Below the pieces are notes generated by a model. The model was given only the letters and a program-made list of their open reading frames with translations. It made no database searches and was not told the origin of the DNA. Of a stretch of DNA of 33,904 nucleotides, positions 33,110 through 33,904 are shown piece by piece. Location: the sequence record SRR31156797_3512; one strand, 5' to 3'. Both the position numbers and the translations under genes were made by a program. The stretch's first letter is position 1; each line of letters begins with the position of its first letter.

Positions 33110-33327
33110 GTACGTCTTCTATATGGATAAACGGAATTAGGTAAATTTTATACAAATAGAAGCGTGTAACCAAAAAGTCAGAAAACTTGGTGTTGTTTTA
33201 ACTTATTGATTTTAAAGTTTATTGTTGTTTGTCTGATATTATGGCGAGTGAAAAAAAACGAATCCTACAGGGGAGGTAGGGAAAGGATTACAAGCTGTGA
33301 TGTGTTGTTGTAGGATTTTAAGTTGAT

Positions 33328-33355
33328 AAGGTTAATATTGAACAATATTAACCTT
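33328..33355. other. AT-rich palindrome downstream of the CBS gene (terminator or operator)
   Basis: AAGGTTAATATTG-AA-CAATATTAACCTT, 13-bp perfect arms. Confidence 0.45.
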
Positions 33356-33374
33356 TCATAAATGGCATTGACGG

Positions 33375-33824
33375 TTACAGGTCATCTTCAAGCTCTTCCG
33401 GTTCTATTTCTTCTTGAAGTTCCAGCAAGCTAATGGCAATGGAGACAAAATCGCTGTCGGTGATGATACCAACCAGCTCACCCTTAGCGATAACCGGCAA
33501 ACAACCGACTTTGTGTTTTTGCATGTACTTCGCACTCTCTTTCAATCCTGCTTGCGGAGAGACACTCATGACTTGCGTATGCATAACTTCACTTAACGGA
33601 GAGTCGTCGGTATAAGATTGCAACGTGGATGCTTTTTGTAAACTGGACTCTTGAGCAGAAAGAACATCTCGCTGAGTAACAACTCCGAGTAATTTTTTGT
33701 CTGCATCAACAATTGGCACATGACGAATATCTAACGCATCCATCATATGTTTAGCATCCGCTATCGTGTTTGAGCGCAGTAAAGTATGGGGATTACGAGT
33801 CATCATATCTTCGACTTTAATCAT
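33375..33824 (-). CDS. CBS-pair domain protein (AcuB-like)
   Basis: VEDMMTRNP, IRHVPIVD...LLGVVTQRD, VGCLPVI...LVGIITDSD; GAGGAA RBS. Confidence 0.88.
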   Translation of the reverse strand: MIKVEDMMTRNPHTLLRSNTIADAKHMMDALDIRHVPIVDADKKLLGVVTQRDVLSAQESSLQKASTLQSYTDDSPLSEVMHTQVMSVSPQAGLKESAKYMQKHKVGCLPVIAKGELVGIITDSDFVSIAISLLELQEEIEPEELEDDL

Positions 33825-33851
33825 ATTTAATTCCTCATTTAGCCTGCTTGC

Positions 33852-33904
33852 TATACCTAAGTGACTTCAAGATACAGGATTCAGAGCTGCATCAACGAGT
33901 TCAG
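33852..33904. repeat. Left end of a TATA-terminated MITE/ERIC-like intergenic repeat, cut by the window edge
   Basis: TATACCTAAGTGACTTCAAGATACAGGATTCAG...; shares its terminus with the palindrome at 4127-4159. Confidence 0.6.

Overview
Chromosomal segment of a Vibrio-like gammaproteobacterium, inferred from gene content and order. The core runs: trhP(yegQ)-yfhL, rdgC, the phosphate locus (phoB-phoR-pstS, inverted ppk1-ppx, pstC-pstA-pstB-phoU), cutC, the divergent ahpC/oxyR2 pair, the glyoxylate shunt aceB-aceA and an AcuB-like CBS protein. The left end carries a cytoplasmic GH2 glycosidase, a YghX-like dienelactone hydrolase, a DUF1904 protein and nfsA. The most unusual part is a four-gene signalling block between aceA and the CBS gene (about 27.0-33.3 kb): an orphan REC-EAL phosphodiesterase, a membrane GGDEF cyclase, an MCP, and a NarQ/NarX-type nitrate sensor with an intact P-box but no kinase domain. 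Non-coding signals include three Pho boxes (two back-to-back), OxyR-type boxes, HexR-like palindromes and two related TATA-terminated MITE-like repeats. No rRNA, tRNA, CRISPR array, transposase or integrase was seen. All calls come from reading motifs by eye; no database searches were run.
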